A DNA stretch of 57,657 bases from an uncultured Azospirillum sp. (GTDB taxonomy: Bacteria > Pseudomonadota > Alphaproteobacteria > Azospirillales > Azospirillaceae). Of the stretch, positions 8,721-18,783 are shown in pieces. Within the stretch, counting starts at the first letter, position 1. Every line of letters begins with the position of its first letter. The stretch spans positions 1 through 57,657 of the forward strand of contig CALGOL010000245.1 of assembly GCA_937960755.1 (NCBI GenBank), given 5' to 3'. The notes below the pieces were generated by a model. That model had not been told where the DNA came from and searched no databases. It saw only the letters and a list, made by a program, of their open reading frames with translations. The position numbers and the translations under genes were made by a program.

Positions 8721-10527
8721 TAAATATGAGATACCATGGCGTCCCAATTACGAGGCCGCCGCCGCCGCGACATGGCTCGCCTCCGCCTTTGCTTCAGCGG
8801 CGGCCCCTTGGGCGACGGGGCTCTTCGCTCCGCCGTTTATAGCGGCGGCGGCGATCGCCGGGTTCATGACAATCCGCCGGGCGCGCCAAGCCCGTCGGCT
8901 GCACGTCCGCAAAGCGGGTCTTTCAGGTAAAAAACTGCACTTCATCAAGCTCTCAGAGCTGCGCAAATACATGCGCGACGATAATATCTGGCTCGGTTAC
9001 GGCTTTACCTGGGACCAGCCTCAGACCCAATTGGCGTTTGATTTGCAGTCGCGGGACAAGCGGGATCTCTTGCCCAAAAACACCGCTCAGATGGGCGCCA
9101 GCTGGCTGCACGGTCTCAGTCTTGAAGAACAACATTTTCATCTGCCGATCGATATGACCAAAGGGCATCTGCTGGTGGTCGGCACAACCGGCTCCGGGAA
9201 GACCAGGTTATTCGACCTGCTGATCTCACAAGCGATTATGCGCGGTGAGCCGGTGATCATCATCGACCCTAAGGGCGACCAGGAACTGGCCGCCAACGCA
9301 AGACGAGCTTGTGAAGCGATGGGACAGGGCGACCGGTATATCTGGTTCCATCCGGCATTTCCTGAGCGCTCGGCCCGCATTGATCCGATGCGCAACTACG
9401 CCCGCGCCACGGAACTCGCCGCCCGGATCGCCGGCCAAATGCCCTCTGAAGGCCCCGGCGACCCGTTCAAAAGCTATTCGCAAATGGCCCTCAACAACGT
9501 CATTCAGGGGCTCCTGCTGACCGGGCATAAACCGAGCATCCTCGCTATTCGGACTTATCTTGAAGGCGGAACGGAGGCGTTGGTCATCAAAAGCGTCGAA
9601 GTTTGGTGCGATGCGGAACTCGGTGCCGGTTGGCAGGATAATCCCGCGGCGAAACGGTATTTGCAGCAAGCAAAAGCGCCGACGCAACGGGCGCACGGTC
9701 TCATTCAATTTTATCGCACCTATGTTCACGAAACGGCGCCCAATCATGATCTGGAAGGGCTCTTGTCGATGTTTGAGCACGACAGAACTCATTTCGGGAA
9801 AATGATCGCATCCTTGTTGCCTTTATTGGGCCAGCTCACATCGGGCCACATGGGGTCGATGCTGTCGCCCGACCCGGCGGATCACGACGACCCCCGCCCG
9901 ATCGTCGATATGGCGTCAGTGATCAAGCAAAGATCGGTCTGTTACGTCGGCCTCGACTCTCTCGCGGACCCGATTGTCGGATCGGCGATCGGCGCGATCA
10001 TGCTCTCTGATCTGGCCGCCGTGGCCAGCGAAATCTATAATTTTTCTCCGTCAGACAGCATCAAGCCGGTCAACATCTTCGTCGATGAAGCGGCGGAGGT
10101 GGTCAATGACCCGTTGATCCAACTGCTGAACAAGGGCCGCGGCGCCGGCATCCGCGTCCTCATAGCAACCCAGACGCTGGCCGATCTCGAGGCGCGTCTC
10201 GGCAGCCCGGCGAAGGCCCGGCAGGTGCTGGGCAACGTCAACAACATCATCGCCCTGCGCGTGACGGACAACGACACCCAAACCTACATCACCGAAGGCT
10301 TGCCGACGGTGAGGGTCAAGTACGTGATGACCACGCAAGCCTCCAACATAGGAACCGGCGGTCACGAGACCATGCAGTTTTCGGGCGGCGCAGGCGAACG
10401 GCTGATGGAAGAAGAAGCTGAGGTTTTGCCCGCATGGATGCTCGGGAGACTGCCGAATCTCGAGTACTTCGCCCGGGTCGCCGGCGGTGAAATCTGGAAA
10501 GGCCGTCTGCCGATTTTGACTGGGTAA
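8710..10527 (+). CDS. traD: Type IV coupling protein TraD (SXT/IncC type)
   Basis: YEIPWRPNYE, Walker A GTTGSGKT, IIDPKGD, FVDEAAE, LNKGRGAG. Confidence 0.95.
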   Translation: MQNNKYEIPWRPNYEAAAAATWLASAFASAAAPWATGLFAPPFIAAAAIAGFMTIRRARQARRLHVRKAGLSGKKLHFIKLSELRKYMRDDNIWLGYGFTWDQPQTQLAFDLQSRDKRDLLPKNTAQMGASWLHGLSLEEQHFHLPIDMTKGHLLVVGTTGSGKTRLFDLLISQAIMRGEPVIIIDPKGDQELAANARRACEAMGQGDRYIWFHPAFPERSARIDPMRNYARATELAARIAGQMPSEGPGDPFKSYSQMALNNVIQGLLLTGHKPSILAIRTYLEGGTEALVIKSVEVWCDAELGAGWQDNPAAKRYLQQAKAPTQRAHGLIQFYRTYVHETAPNHDLEGLLSMFEHDRTHFGKMIASLLPLLGQLTSGHMGSMLSPDPADHDDPRPIVDMASVIKQRSVCYVGLDSLADPIVGSAIGAIMLSDLAAVASEIYNFSPSDSIKPVNIFVDEAAEVVNDPLIQLLNKGRGAGIRVLIATQTLADLEARLGSPAKARQVLGNVNNIIALRVTDNDTQTYITEGLPTVRVKYVMTTQASNIGTGGHETMQFSGGAGERLMEEEAEVLPAWMLGRLPNLEYFARVAGGEIWKGRLPILTG

Positions 10528-10533
10528 AGAATA

Positions 10534-11037
10534 ATGATCCGACTGAATAACGACACAATCACAGAACCTTCCGGGCTGAAGGGTTTCATCCGCCGAAATC
10601 CGCGGCAATCCGCGCATTTGCGAAGACTGCAAACGGATTGGCCGAGCGCGCGGCGGTTTGCCGAAAACGCGTCCCTTTTCTTAGGCGACGCTTTGACGAT
10701 CAGCGATCACGAAGCGGAGGAAGAGAACCGCCCTCTGCTGGATTACGCGATCACGCAGGGATTACGGGCATACGGGGCGGCGGGGGAAGCTGATGATGCC
10801 GCACGCCTCAGAGCATTCATTAAGACGACGAGCGATTTGATATGCGAGCGCCTCGCCGGCGTCGTCATTCGTTTCGACGACGGCGCGGTATGGCGCGCCG
10901 CCGGAAGCACGCCGCCGGCGGCCTTCTTGTCTGAACAAGCCGAACGCGGCGGGCGCTTTCTCGAGATCCTGATCGATGCTTCTCGCATGGCCGACGATCG
11001 TAAGGCGATTAAAGCTGCGCTAATGAAGAATTTATAA
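10534..11037 (+). CDS. Hypothetical protein between traD and traJ
   Basis: 167-aa ORF tightly packed in the operon; same slot as an SXT/IncC small gene. Confidence 0.6.
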   Translation: MIRLNNDTITEPSGLKGFIRRNPRQSAHLRRLQTDWPSARRFAENASLFLGDALTISDHEAEEENRPLLDYAITQGLRAYGAAGEADDAARLRAFIKTTSDLICERLAGVVIRFDDGAVWRAAGSTPPAAFLSEQAERGGRFLEILIDASRMADDRKAIKAALMKNL

Positions 11038-11052
11038 AAAGGGTCATTTATT

Positions 11053-11715
11053 ATGGACGCAGAAATAAAAATAGGAAAAGTATTTCTCTATCTTATAGTG
11101 ATAGTTGCTAGTGAATTTGCGATAATAGCCCTTATTTCAGGTTTTTACGGAAATAATTACATCAAGGACATTGAGCGGATTGATCGGGAGTTGGCGATTC
11201 AGTATATGAGCTTCGATGGAGCTCTTGACGCTGAGAGAGCGGCTCAACGAACATATAAGCATCTTATTGTCGATAATAACATTGATAAAACAATAAAAGA
11301 TTTTATATTGCCGAGCGATAATGAGAAGAATTCGAGCACCGGTCTCGAAGGGCTCGGTAAATATGATATATTTCCCGCCGCTGAAACAGCAATTGAATCT
11401 GTATTCCTGATTTTGCGGCGATTTTTAGTTAGAATCCAAGTCATCGCTTCCATATCCCCGGTCATGCTTTTGACCTTCGCGCTGCCGGCTGTAATAGACG
11501 GCATGATGCAATGGAGGCGTCGCCAATACAGTTTTGACTATCCTTCCCCCGTTGTCCACGGCACAGCGGCAACGATCGTAAAATGGACGATCATCACGCT
11601 CTTCGCTTACGCCTTGGCTCCGCTCCCATTCCATCCGCTAGCGCCTCTTTTAGGCGCGATGGTCCTCGGCTTATCCGCATCATTGTGGGCAGCTCACACG
11701 ATGAAGCGAATCTGA
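11053..11715 (+). CDS. traJ: DUF4400 membrane protein (TraJ of SXT/IncC)
   Basis: PAVIDGMMQWRRRQYSFDYPSPVVH, LAPLPFHP, ends MKRI; follows traD. Confidence 0.8.
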   Translation: MDAEIKIGKVFLYLIVIVASEFAIIALISGFYGNNYIKDIERIDRELAIQYMSFDGALDAERAAQRTYKHLIVDNNIDKTIKDFILPSDNEKNSSTGLEGLGKYDIFPAAETAIESVFLILRRFLVRIQVIASISPVMLLTFALPAVIDGMMQWRRRQYSFDYPSPVVHGTAATIVKWTIITLFAYALAPLPFHPLAPLLGAMVLGLSASLWAAHTMKRI

Positions 11716-11734
11716 TGACGACTTTGCAGGCTTC

Positions 11735-11792
11735 AAGTTTAAAAAATCGGCATTTATCGCACGCGCGGCGAGGGGCCGAGGCGCACTAGACT
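11735..11792 (+). promoter_or_regulatory. Activator box and -10 of traL operon
   Basis: AAGTTTAAAAAATCGGCATTT 11735-11755; TAGACT at 11787; AAAAATCGGCATTTATCGC identical to the dsbC promoter. Confidence 0.7.
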
Positions 11793-11828
11793 AGATCTAA
11801 TCCAGCAACACGTAGCCAGGAGGGGTGG

Positions 11829-12107
11829 ATGCAGGTGGATATCCCCCGAACAATAGACGAGCCGCCGACTGTCCTGCTCTGGACGGTCGATGAAGCGATG
11901 CCGACGCTGGTGGGGCTATTGGTCGGCATGGCTTTGGGAAACGCCCTGATCTTCACTTTGGCCGGAGTTTTGGCGACGCGCTTTTACCGGCGATACCGGG
12001 ACAGTCGTGCTGACGGACACCTGCTGCACGGCCTATATCGGCTCGGGGTCATTTCAAATAAAAGCCGAGCCTTCGCTGAACCCTTCGCTTTGAGGTTCAT
12101 TCCGTGA
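11829..12107 (+). CDS. traL: TraL pilus assembly protein
   Basis: IPRTIDEPPTVLLWTVDE, YRRYRDSRADGHLLH. Confidence 0.9.
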   Translation: MQVDIPRTIDEPPTVLLWTVDEAMPTLVGLLVGMALGNALIFTLAGVLATRFYRRYRDSRADGHLLHGLYRLGVISNKSRAFAEPFALRFIP

Positions 12108-12739
12108 ACTTGCTGAGATTTTCAGATACATGGCGAGGGGCTATGGCTGAAAACCGCTTTTCGCGATGGGCGATCGGCGGGCTGATCATCACCAATATGA
12201 TTTTGATTTTTGTCATCGCCGGCAAAGATCGAACCGTGGTGATTGCGCCGCCGGAAATCAAAAGCCAGGTTGAAATATCAAGAGCTTCGGCCAACGAAGG
12301 CTACCTCGAGGCGTGGACCTTGAGCCTTGCGATGCTGCTTGGAAACATCACGCCAGGAAATGCTCCAACGGTGAAGGGGAACCTCGAACCGTTCCTGGCG
12401 CCGGAAATTTTCGCCGATGTCACGGTCAATATCGACCGGGCAGTTAATGAACTGACTCATTCGCGCATCACGCTCAAGTTTGAGCCGCTGAAGGTGGTGT
12501 TTGAGCCTGGGTCAGGGAAATGGTACGTGACAGGATACCGCACCCAGACAGGACCTGCCGACGACGGGCGCCGCGAGCAGGCGACATACGAAATGCAATG
12601 GGAAATCAGGAACTTTCGCCCGGTTTTGACCCGTATCCAGCATTATACAGGTAAACCTAGAACCGAAAAAGAACTGGACAGACTGACCGTCGATCAAGAA
12701 CGGGCGGAGCGCCGCGCGCGCGACCAGCAGGGACGATGA
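12104..12739 (+). CDS. traE: TraE pilus assembly protein
   Basis: N-terminal TM, RTVVIAPP, YLEAW..LAMLLGNITPGN. Confidence 0.9.
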   Translation: MNLLRFSDTWRGAMAENRFSRWAIGGLIITNMILIFVIAGKDRTVVIAPPEIKSQVEISRASANEGYLEAWTLSLAMLLGNITPGNAPTVKGNLEPFLAPEIFADVTVNIDRAVNELTHSRITLKFEPLKVVFEPGSGKWYVTGYRTQTGPADDGRREQATYEMQWEIRNFRPVLTRIQHYTGKPRTEKELDRLTVDQERAERRARDQQGR

Positions 12740-13734
12740 AAATGAAATATCCAAATGTCTTCGCCGCAGCAGGCATTTTCTTGTCTTTGTTCGTCGGCAG
12801 AGCGGCGACGGCGCAAACACCACAAGATTTGCAGGCGGAACTGGACCGGGAGATGCCGGTCGTTTCAGCCCCCAGCCCCACGGCTGCGCCGACGCCTCAG
12901 CCTGAGCCGGCGAAACACAGCAGCACAGCCGCGCCTCCCCTTTCTCAACCCGCGCTGATTACTCCATTGCCAGAAGTGCCGCGTGACGTCATTCCGCCGC
13001 CTGAAGACACATCTCGTCCGATCAAAATCGATATGAAGCCGGGCGTCACGGAAATTGTCGCTGTCGCGATCGGACACCTCAATCGACTTGTCACGCCTTT
13101 CAGCGAGCCGAATGTCGTGACAACATCGGACGCGATGACCAAGGTCTCCGGCAACGTGGTCTACGTCTCCACCGACAAACCAGCGACACTCTACATCACG
13201 CCCAAAGGCGACGAAACAGTGGCGCTGGGCTTGGCCCTCGTGCCGCAAAGAGTGCCGCCGCGCGAGGTGATATTGACCTTGAGCGACCAGGGTCGGGGAT
13301 GGAAGACCTCGCAATCGGCGGCCAAGGCTGAAGCATGGGAGAAAGACCAACCCTTTCTGGACGCGATTCGCTTCGTCATGCGCGATACCGCTTTGGGGAG
13401 GGTCCCGCCCGGCTATGACGCCCGGTCGCTTTCCCGTGAGGACCGCACCCCGGTCTGCGCCGCTCCATCCGGCGTAACGATCACCTTTACCGGCGGCCAA
13501 CTCCTTCGCGGAGCCGCATTAGAGGCCGTTGTCGGCGTGGTCAGAAACCAGACCGCCCAACAGGCTGATCTTGATGAAACGTGGTGCGCGACGCGCGACG
13601 TGGTGGCGATCGCCTATTGGCCGCAGGTGTCGTTGCCGCCGGGAGGGGCCGCCGAAATTTATTTGCTGCGTCGCGCGGCCGGACAAACGCCGCCGATCAT
13701 TGAACGACCGTCGTTACTGGGAAATGGCCGATGA
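12736..13734 (+). CDS. traK: TraK secretin-like protein
   Basis: Signal peptide, PGVTEIVAVAIGHLNRLVTPF, LVPQRVPPREV, AYWP. Confidence 0.9.
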   Translation: MKMKYPNVFAAAGIFLSLFVGRAATAQTPQDLQAELDREMPVVSAPSPTAAPTPQPEPAKHSSTAAPPLSQPALITPLPEVPRDVIPPPEDTSRPIKIDMKPGVTEIVAVAIGHLNRLVTPFSEPNVVTTSDAMTKVSGNVVYVSTDKPATLYITPKGDETVALGLALVPQRVPPREVILTLSDQGRGWKTSQSAAKAEAWEKDQPFLDAIRFVMRDTALGRVPPGYDARSLSREDRTPVCAAPSGVTITFTGGQLLRGAALEAVVGVVRNQTAQQADLDETWCATRDVVAIAYWPQVSLPPGGAAEIYLLRRAAGQTPPIIERPSLLGNGR

Positions 13735-15218
13735 TCTCGCTTACCGATGTCGCCGCGAGCTGGTCGGGTTTGAGCGCCCGAACGCGTCGTTGGACAACGC
13801 TCGGCGTCGGCGGCGCTGCGCTGCTGGGCGGCATGTACGTGCTGATGCCCGACGACGCGCCGAAACAAAGAGCGCAATCGACAAGACAAGCAACCGTGGA
13901 AGCCATCCTGACGGATAAAGACCCGCGATCGACCTCCATGGACAGCATGGCCGCCCGGATCAAGCAACTGGAAGAACGCTTAACCGGCGCTACAGCGGAA
14001 TTGGAGCGTTTACGCGAGGACGCTGGGCGAAGGGAACGGCGAACCGAAAAACCCGAGGGCGCAGACGCCTCCCAGGCTCAACGCGCGGCCTTGGAAATGC
14101 AGATCGGCGAGTTGCAGCGAAAGGTCAATGAACTGACCGCCGCGACAACAGCCAGGGACGGGGCCGGCGCGGGGCGTACGGGCGGCGCAATTGCGCCGAC
14201 AGCGACCGTACCGCCGAGACCGACAATAGCCGGCGGCTCTCAGCGACCTACCGCCGGCGATCTTTATGGCGGCGGCAATGGAGGCCCCATCAGCGCCAAT
14301 CCGGCGGCGGGCGGGGCGTTGGCGGCGCCTCCGGATCGGTCAGCGCCAAGTGGCCAAGGCCTAAAAGCAGGCGAAATCCGCACCATATCGGCATCAGCGG
14401 AACCTGCAGCTTTGTCAGCCGGGCAGGGCGCGGGAAAGAACGAAGACGCGCTCGGAGATTATATACCTTCAGGGTCTATTTTAGGCGCGCACTTCATCAC
14501 CGGCATGGACGCCGCCACGTCCAACTCAGCGCGCGACCAACCCTTGCCGGCGCTGTTGCGGGTCAATCACGCGGCTATATTGCCTAACCGCTTTCGGAGC
14601 GATATCCGCGAATGCTTCATGCTGGTGGCGGGCTACGGCGACATGTCGAGCGAGCGCGCCATGCTTCGCGGCGAAACCCTGTCCTGCATCACCAAGGACG
14701 GCAAGCCGATTGAAGCATCGCTGTCGGCCTACGTGGCCGGCGAAGACGGCAAAGCTGGCGTGCGGGGCCGCATGATCTCTAAGGAAGGGCAGGTGATCGG
14801 TCGGGCGCTTATGGCCGGATTTTTGGAAGGGGCCTCGAAAGCGTTTGACGTTAAACCCGTGCCGATCTTGTCCACTAATCCGGGCGGGCGGACGCAGTAT
14901 CAGGACAATTTCGCTGGCGTGGACAGTCTGAAGTCCGCCAGCTTGGGCGGCGCCGGATCCGCTCTGGAACAGGTCGCCAAATACTATATCGACATGGCGA
15001 AAAACATATTCCCAGTGATCGAAATAGATGCGGGGCGGCAAGTTGACCTGATCGTCACCCGAGGCGTATCGCTGAAGTTCGGCGCTCATCCCGCATCCAC
15101 GCCGGTGGCGGCGGCTCCGGGCGCTCGGTCGAGCGGAGCGCCCGGTCAGCAGGGCCAGGGAAAGGGACCGCTGTCCTTTTTGGATCAATTTAATCCCGGT
15201 GCCGGACAGGCCCGCTAG
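13731..15218 (+). CDS. traB: TraB (VirB10-like)
   Basis: YIPSGSIL, TGMDA, LPNRFRSDIRECF, GEDGKAGVRG, FPVIEIDAGR. Confidence 0.95.
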   Translation: MISLTDVAASWSGLSARTRRWTTLGVGGAALLGGMYVLMPDDAPKQRAQSTRQATVEAILTDKDPRSTSMDSMAARIKQLEERLTGATAELERLREDAGRRERRTEKPEGADASQAQRAALEMQIGELQRKVNELTAATTARDGAGAGRTGGAIAPTATVPPRPTIAGGSQRPTAGDLYGGGNGGPISANPAAGGALAAPPDRSAPSGQGLKAGEIRTISASAEPAALSAGQGAGKNEDALGDYIPSGSILGAHFITGMDAATSNSARDQPLPALLRVNHAAILPNRFRSDIRECFMLVAGYGDMSSERAMLRGETLSCITKDGKPIEASLSAYVAGEDGKAGVRGRMISKEGQVIGRALMAGFLEGASKAFDVKPVPILSTNPGGRTQYQDNFAGVDSLKSASLGGAGSALEQVAKYYIDMAKNIFPVIEIDAGRQVDLIVTRGVSLKFGAHPASTPVAAAPGARSSGAPGQQGQGKGPLSFLDQFNPGAGQAR

Positions 15219-15242
15219 TTCCCGTAACCAACGGTCAGTGAA

Positions 15243-15473
15243 ATGGAGAAATCCTCAATGCGCATTCTCTTAACCATCAAAGACGCCCTTAATGGAAAAA
15301 TACATGTCACAGTCAGTCATTTGTTGGTCATATTTGTAGCCGGATTTAGCAGCGCAAGAGTATTGCAACAAGTTAATTGGGATAAGCCGCTGTCAGCATA
15401 TTTAACAATTTTTATATTCTATTTATTTTATGCATTATTAATTTGGCTTTCTTTGAAGAAAAGGCCCGCCTGA
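15243..15473 (+). CDS. Small AT-rich membrane protein
   Basis: 76 aa, two hydrophobic segments, low GC, between traB and the traV promoter. Confidence 0.5.
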   Translation: MEKSSMRILLTIKDALNGKIHVTVSHLLVIFVAGFSSARVLQQVNWDKPLSAYLTIFIFYLFYALLIWLSLKKRPA

Positions 15474-15503
15474 TCATTTTATGATATCGAATCGCAAGCG
15501 TCT

Positions 15504-15561
15504 AAATCACGAAAAAGCGTGTTTTGCCGCCGCGCGAAGATCAGCGAATTCGCGATAGCAT
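15504..15561 (+). promoter_or_regulatory. Activator box and -10 of traV-traA operon
   Basis: AAATCACGAAAAAGCGTGTTT 15504-15524; TAGCAT at 15556. Confidence 0.6.
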
Positions 15562-15587
15562 ACCTTCAGACCACTGAGGGAATCGCT

Positions 15588-16145
15588 ATGGCAGGACACA
15601 ATCAATATCGATCCGGGTGGCGGCGACGATTCGTCGCCCCGGCGCTTTGCGCGTCGATGCTGCTGGCTGGCTGCAGTTCATTGAGCATCGGCGAGGGTGA
15701 TTTCAGTTGTCCCGGGATGCCCTCCGGGGCTCGTTGCCAGAGCGCTAGGCAGGTTTACGATGACGCCGTATCCGGTCGAATGGTGGCGACGGAAGCTACG
15801 ACCGGGGAAGCTAAGACCAGCGCTGATGCGGGGAAACCTCCGACAGACAACCAAGCGATCTGGCCGATCACCCCCGACGACAGGCGGATTCCCGTCCGCA
15901 CCCCCGCTGTCGTAATGCGGGTATGGGTGGCGCCGTACGAAGACAAGCACGGCGATCTGCATTTGGCGGGATTGATTTTTACCGAAATCGAACAGCGCAC
16001 CTGGCAAATCGGCGCGCCTGGGGGAGGGGCTCCGTCGAATCTGATGGATCCTCTCGCCGCAAGAACTTCCCAGCCGTCGCGCCCCCCATCTCCGGCGCTT
16101 CCTTCAACCGGCAAAACCGGCGCCGCATCACGCAAACCCTCTTAA
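15588..16145 (+). CDS. traV: TraV lipoprotein
   Basis: LAGC lipobox, GEGDFSCPG..GARCQSARQVY, PVRTPAVVMRVWVAPYEDKHGDLH; GAGGG RBS before ATG 15588. Confidence 0.9.
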   Translation: MAGHNQYRSGWRRRFVAPALCASMLLAGCSSLSIGEGDFSCPGMPSGARCQSARQVYDDAVSGRMVATEATTGEAKTSADAGKPPTDNQAIWPITPDDRRIPVRTPAVVMRVWVAPYEDKHGDLHLAGLIFTEIEQRTWQIGAPGGGAPSNLMDPLAARTSQPSRPPSPALPSTGKTGAASRKPS

Positions 16146-16159
16146 TGAGAAGATCTGAG

Positions 16160-16549
16160 ATGTCATCAAATAACCCCTATTTCAATAAATCACCCGGCAT
16201 TTCAGCGCCGTTTGTCCTCGCCGTGATCATTGCGGTCGCCCTTTCGGCCGGTGCAGCTCACGCTGGCACCGGCGGCTCGGAATTCGACTCGGTGTGGACG
16301 CAGTTGTCGGACTGGTCGCAGGGCACCCTCGGTCGAATCATCTCCATCCTGACGATCATTGTGGGCTTGGGCGGTGCGGTGGTGCGTCAGAGCCTATCTC
16401 CGGCGATCGTGGGCGGTGGCTCAGGGGTGATCATGTACAACGCCCCCCGGGTCATCGAGTCGATCCTTGCCGCCGCCGTCTCGGCCGAGACCCTGCCTCA
16501 GCCTGATGCGGTGATCAAGCTCTTAGAGGCCGTATCCGGCCTTTATTAA
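16160..16549 (+). CDS. traA: TraA conjugative pilin
   Basis: AHA-GTGGSEFDSVWTQLSDWSQGTLGRII...VRQSL, typical of IncC/SXT pilin; alternative start 16145. Confidence 0.9.
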   Translation: MSSNNPYFNKSPGISAPFVLAVIIAVALSAGAAHAGTGGSEFDSVWTQLSDWSQGTLGRIISILTIIVGLGGAVVRQSLSPAIVGGGSGVIMYNAPRVIESILAAAVSAETLPQPDAVIKLLEAVSGLY

Positions 16550-16572
16550 AGTCGGGGCGAGGGACGGCACCC

Positions 16573-18783
16573 ATGAGGGGCGGCGCAACTGCGGCGGCGG
16601 TCGCAATCATCTTGCTGATAGGCTGCGCCCCGGTCGGGGCGCAGTCAATAGATGTCGCCGTAACCAGGCTTAATAATGCGGCAAGCGGGGCAGGGGGTGG
16701 CGTCCGCAGCGCTTTGTCGGACCAAGCACCCCTGCCTGACGCCCCGGTTTCCGGCGACACGGTGACGGTCACGGATTTCAAGGACGTCATCGTGTCGGTA
16801 CGGGGCGTCGCCCCTGCCGCCACCGCCATTACCTTGAAGCGGCAGGACGACCAGCCGGCAGGCTCGGGCGTTCCTTTCCCGTTTTTCATGACGACGCCGC
16901 TTTCCGCCGCCCTCACCGTCGGGACCGACCACTTCGCCATCGTTTCCGATCAATGTTCCGGCGTTATTCTGGGGCAAACCGGCGGAGCTGGGTCCACCTG
17001 CCCGATTGCGATTCAACCGAGAGCGTCTTGGTGGGGCGCGTATTCAGGCAATCTCGCGGTTTCCTCCGACGGCCATGTGCTCAACATTCCCCTTTCCGGC
17101 GTCGCGCGGCACTTCGATCCGCTGGCTCTATCCTTGACCGTCGCCGCCGGGAACCCGAGCGGCTTCACTGTAGACGGCGGCTTCAACAGCGGCGATCTTT
17201 TCGGCGGCGCGCCAGCCTCGGCGCCGCAAACAGTCACGTTTCGGGTCTCTAACTTATCAAGTGAATACTCAACGCCGCCGCTTGCCGTTTCGTTATCCAA
17301 TTCGGTGAACTTCGTGGTCAACGCCGACGGGTGCAACGGGCAAATCATCCCTCCTCTAAACACCTGCGACATCGTCGTCGGCGCGCGCGCGACTTGGTGG
17401 GGGAGCTGGGCCGGAGCCTTGAAGGTCGTCTCAGGCCCCAATCCGGACGGTGATCCCGACATCACGCTGGCCGCCAATCTGGCGGGCTCCTCCAGCCGCT
17501 TCGACCCGCCACGCCTTTCATTGTCCACGACATCGGGCGACCCGGCGCATGTGGACGCTTCCGGCCCCACAAAACCCAGCTATTCGACGCCGATCACCTT
17601 ACGCATCAAAAACCTGTCGACGGAATTCCCGACGTCGGCGCTAAGCTCGTCCCTCGCCGAAAGCGTCGGCGCCGGAACTTACGAATTCACGTCCAACGGC
17701 TGTTCAGGCGCCTCGCTCGCCACCGGGGGAACCTGCGACGTGTCGATCCGCCATAAAGCGTCATGGTGGGGGGTTACCACATCGACATACAATGTTTCCG
17801 GCGCCAGCGTAGCAGGCGGGCTCGCCGCGGCGCAGGCGCTCTCTGGTCGGGCATCCCACTTCGACCCGCCGACGCCGACTATCAGCTTGGTCAGCGGCTC
17901 GCCCTCGAGCATGTACATAGGCGGCTGGGCGCAAGGAGTGAACGCATACTCGATGCCCGTCGTCTGGCGGGTCGCGAACGCCAGCACCGAAGAGGCGACT
18001 TCGGCTTTGAGCTTGACCCTCAGCAATACGACCAATTTCGAATTCGCCTCCAACGGCTGCGCCGGGAACGCGCTCGGCGTCGGGGCGACTTGCGATGTGA
18101 GCGTCCGGGGGAAAGCCTCTGCGAACGGCGGTTTCAGCGGAACCTTGACGGTTGATCAACACACCAGGCCCTCGGTCGCCATGTCAGGCTCGGGCTCGGG
18201 CTTTTATACGTACACATGGGCGGCGGGCGGCTGGAGCGGCTGCTCACAGTCATGCGGCGGTGGCTCGCAAACGCGGTCTGTGTGGTGCCGTCGATCCGAC
18301 GGGGCCAACATGGGTGACACATCAAGTTATCCCGGATGCGAGTGGTACAGCCGTCCAGGCGATGGCCAACAGTGCAACACACAAAGCTGCTGTAATCCCA
18401 ACGACTACATTTCCGGTTATGGATCGTGCAACGCCTATTGTGGCGGCGGTAATCGCGATGTGTACTGGCGGAACGACTGCCAGAATCGAAACTGGACGTC
18501 GTCAGAATCATGCAATACGCAAGATTGTGGAGAATGCAACTTTTCGTCCCTCTCGTGGGGCTGTGAGTTGCAACAAAATCAGGTGGGCTTTGATCAGCGC
18601 AGGGGCGTCTCTCGCTGTGGCGACGCTCCGTCGCCATGGATTGAGGGGCGCTTTAACGGCGACCGCGGACGAGGCTGTAGCTGTAAGGGGCGCATTGGCG
18701 ATGACAGCACTGGCATGATCGCCCTGCCGGATGGTTGGCATCCCATATCTGACGGCGGCTGGTTCGATGGATCCTGTCGATGA
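16573..18783 (+). CDS. Secreted adhesin-like protein: four Ig-like repeats plus C-terminal thrombospondin type 1-like Cys-rich region
   Basis: Signal peptide; four F...C(S/N/A)G...TC...A(S/T)WWG/ASANG units linked by (R/S)(H/R)FDP; YTWAAGGWSGCSQSCGGGSQTRSVWC. Confidence 0.8.
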   Translation: MRGGATAAAVAIILLIGCAPVGAQSIDVAVTRLNNAASGAGGGVRSALSDQAPLPDAPVSGDTVTVTDFKDVIVSVRGVAPAATAITLKRQDDQPAGSGVPFPFFMTTPLSAALTVGTDHFAIVSDQCSGVILGQTGGAGSTCPIAIQPRASWWGAYSGNLAVSSDGHVLNIPLSGVARHFDPLALSLTVAAGNPSGFTVDGGFNSGDLFGGAPASAPQTVTFRVSNLSSEYSTPPLAVSLSNSVNFVVNADGCNGQIIPPLNTCDIVVGARATWWGSWAGALKVVSGPNPDGDPDITLAANLAGSSSRFDPPRLSLSTTSGDPAHVDASGPTKPSYSTPITLRIKNLSTEFPTSALSSSLAESVGAGTYEFTSNGCSGASLATGGTCDVSIRHKASWWGVTTSTYNVSGASVAGGLAAAQALSGRASHFDPPTPTISLVSGSPSSMYIGGWAQGVNAYSMPVVWRVANASTEEATSALSLTLSNTTNFEFASNGCAGNALGVGATCDVSVRGKASANGGFSGTLTVDQHTRPSVAMSGSGSGFYTYTWAAGGWSGCSQSCGGGSQTRSVWCRRSDGANMGDTSSYPGCEWYSRPGDGQQCNTQSCCNPNDYISGYGSCNAYCGGGNRDVYWRNDCQNRNWTSSESCNTQDCGECNFSSLSWGCELQQNQVGFDQRRGVSRCGDAPSPWIEGRFNGDRGRGCSCKGRIGDDSTGMIALPDGWHPISDGGWFDGSCR

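Noticed and set aside
18200-18783. Shufflon or diversity-generating retroelement acting on the adhesin tip
   Set aside because: No repeated sfx-like sites, alternative cassettes, adjacent recombinase, reverse transcriptase or template repeat were seen.
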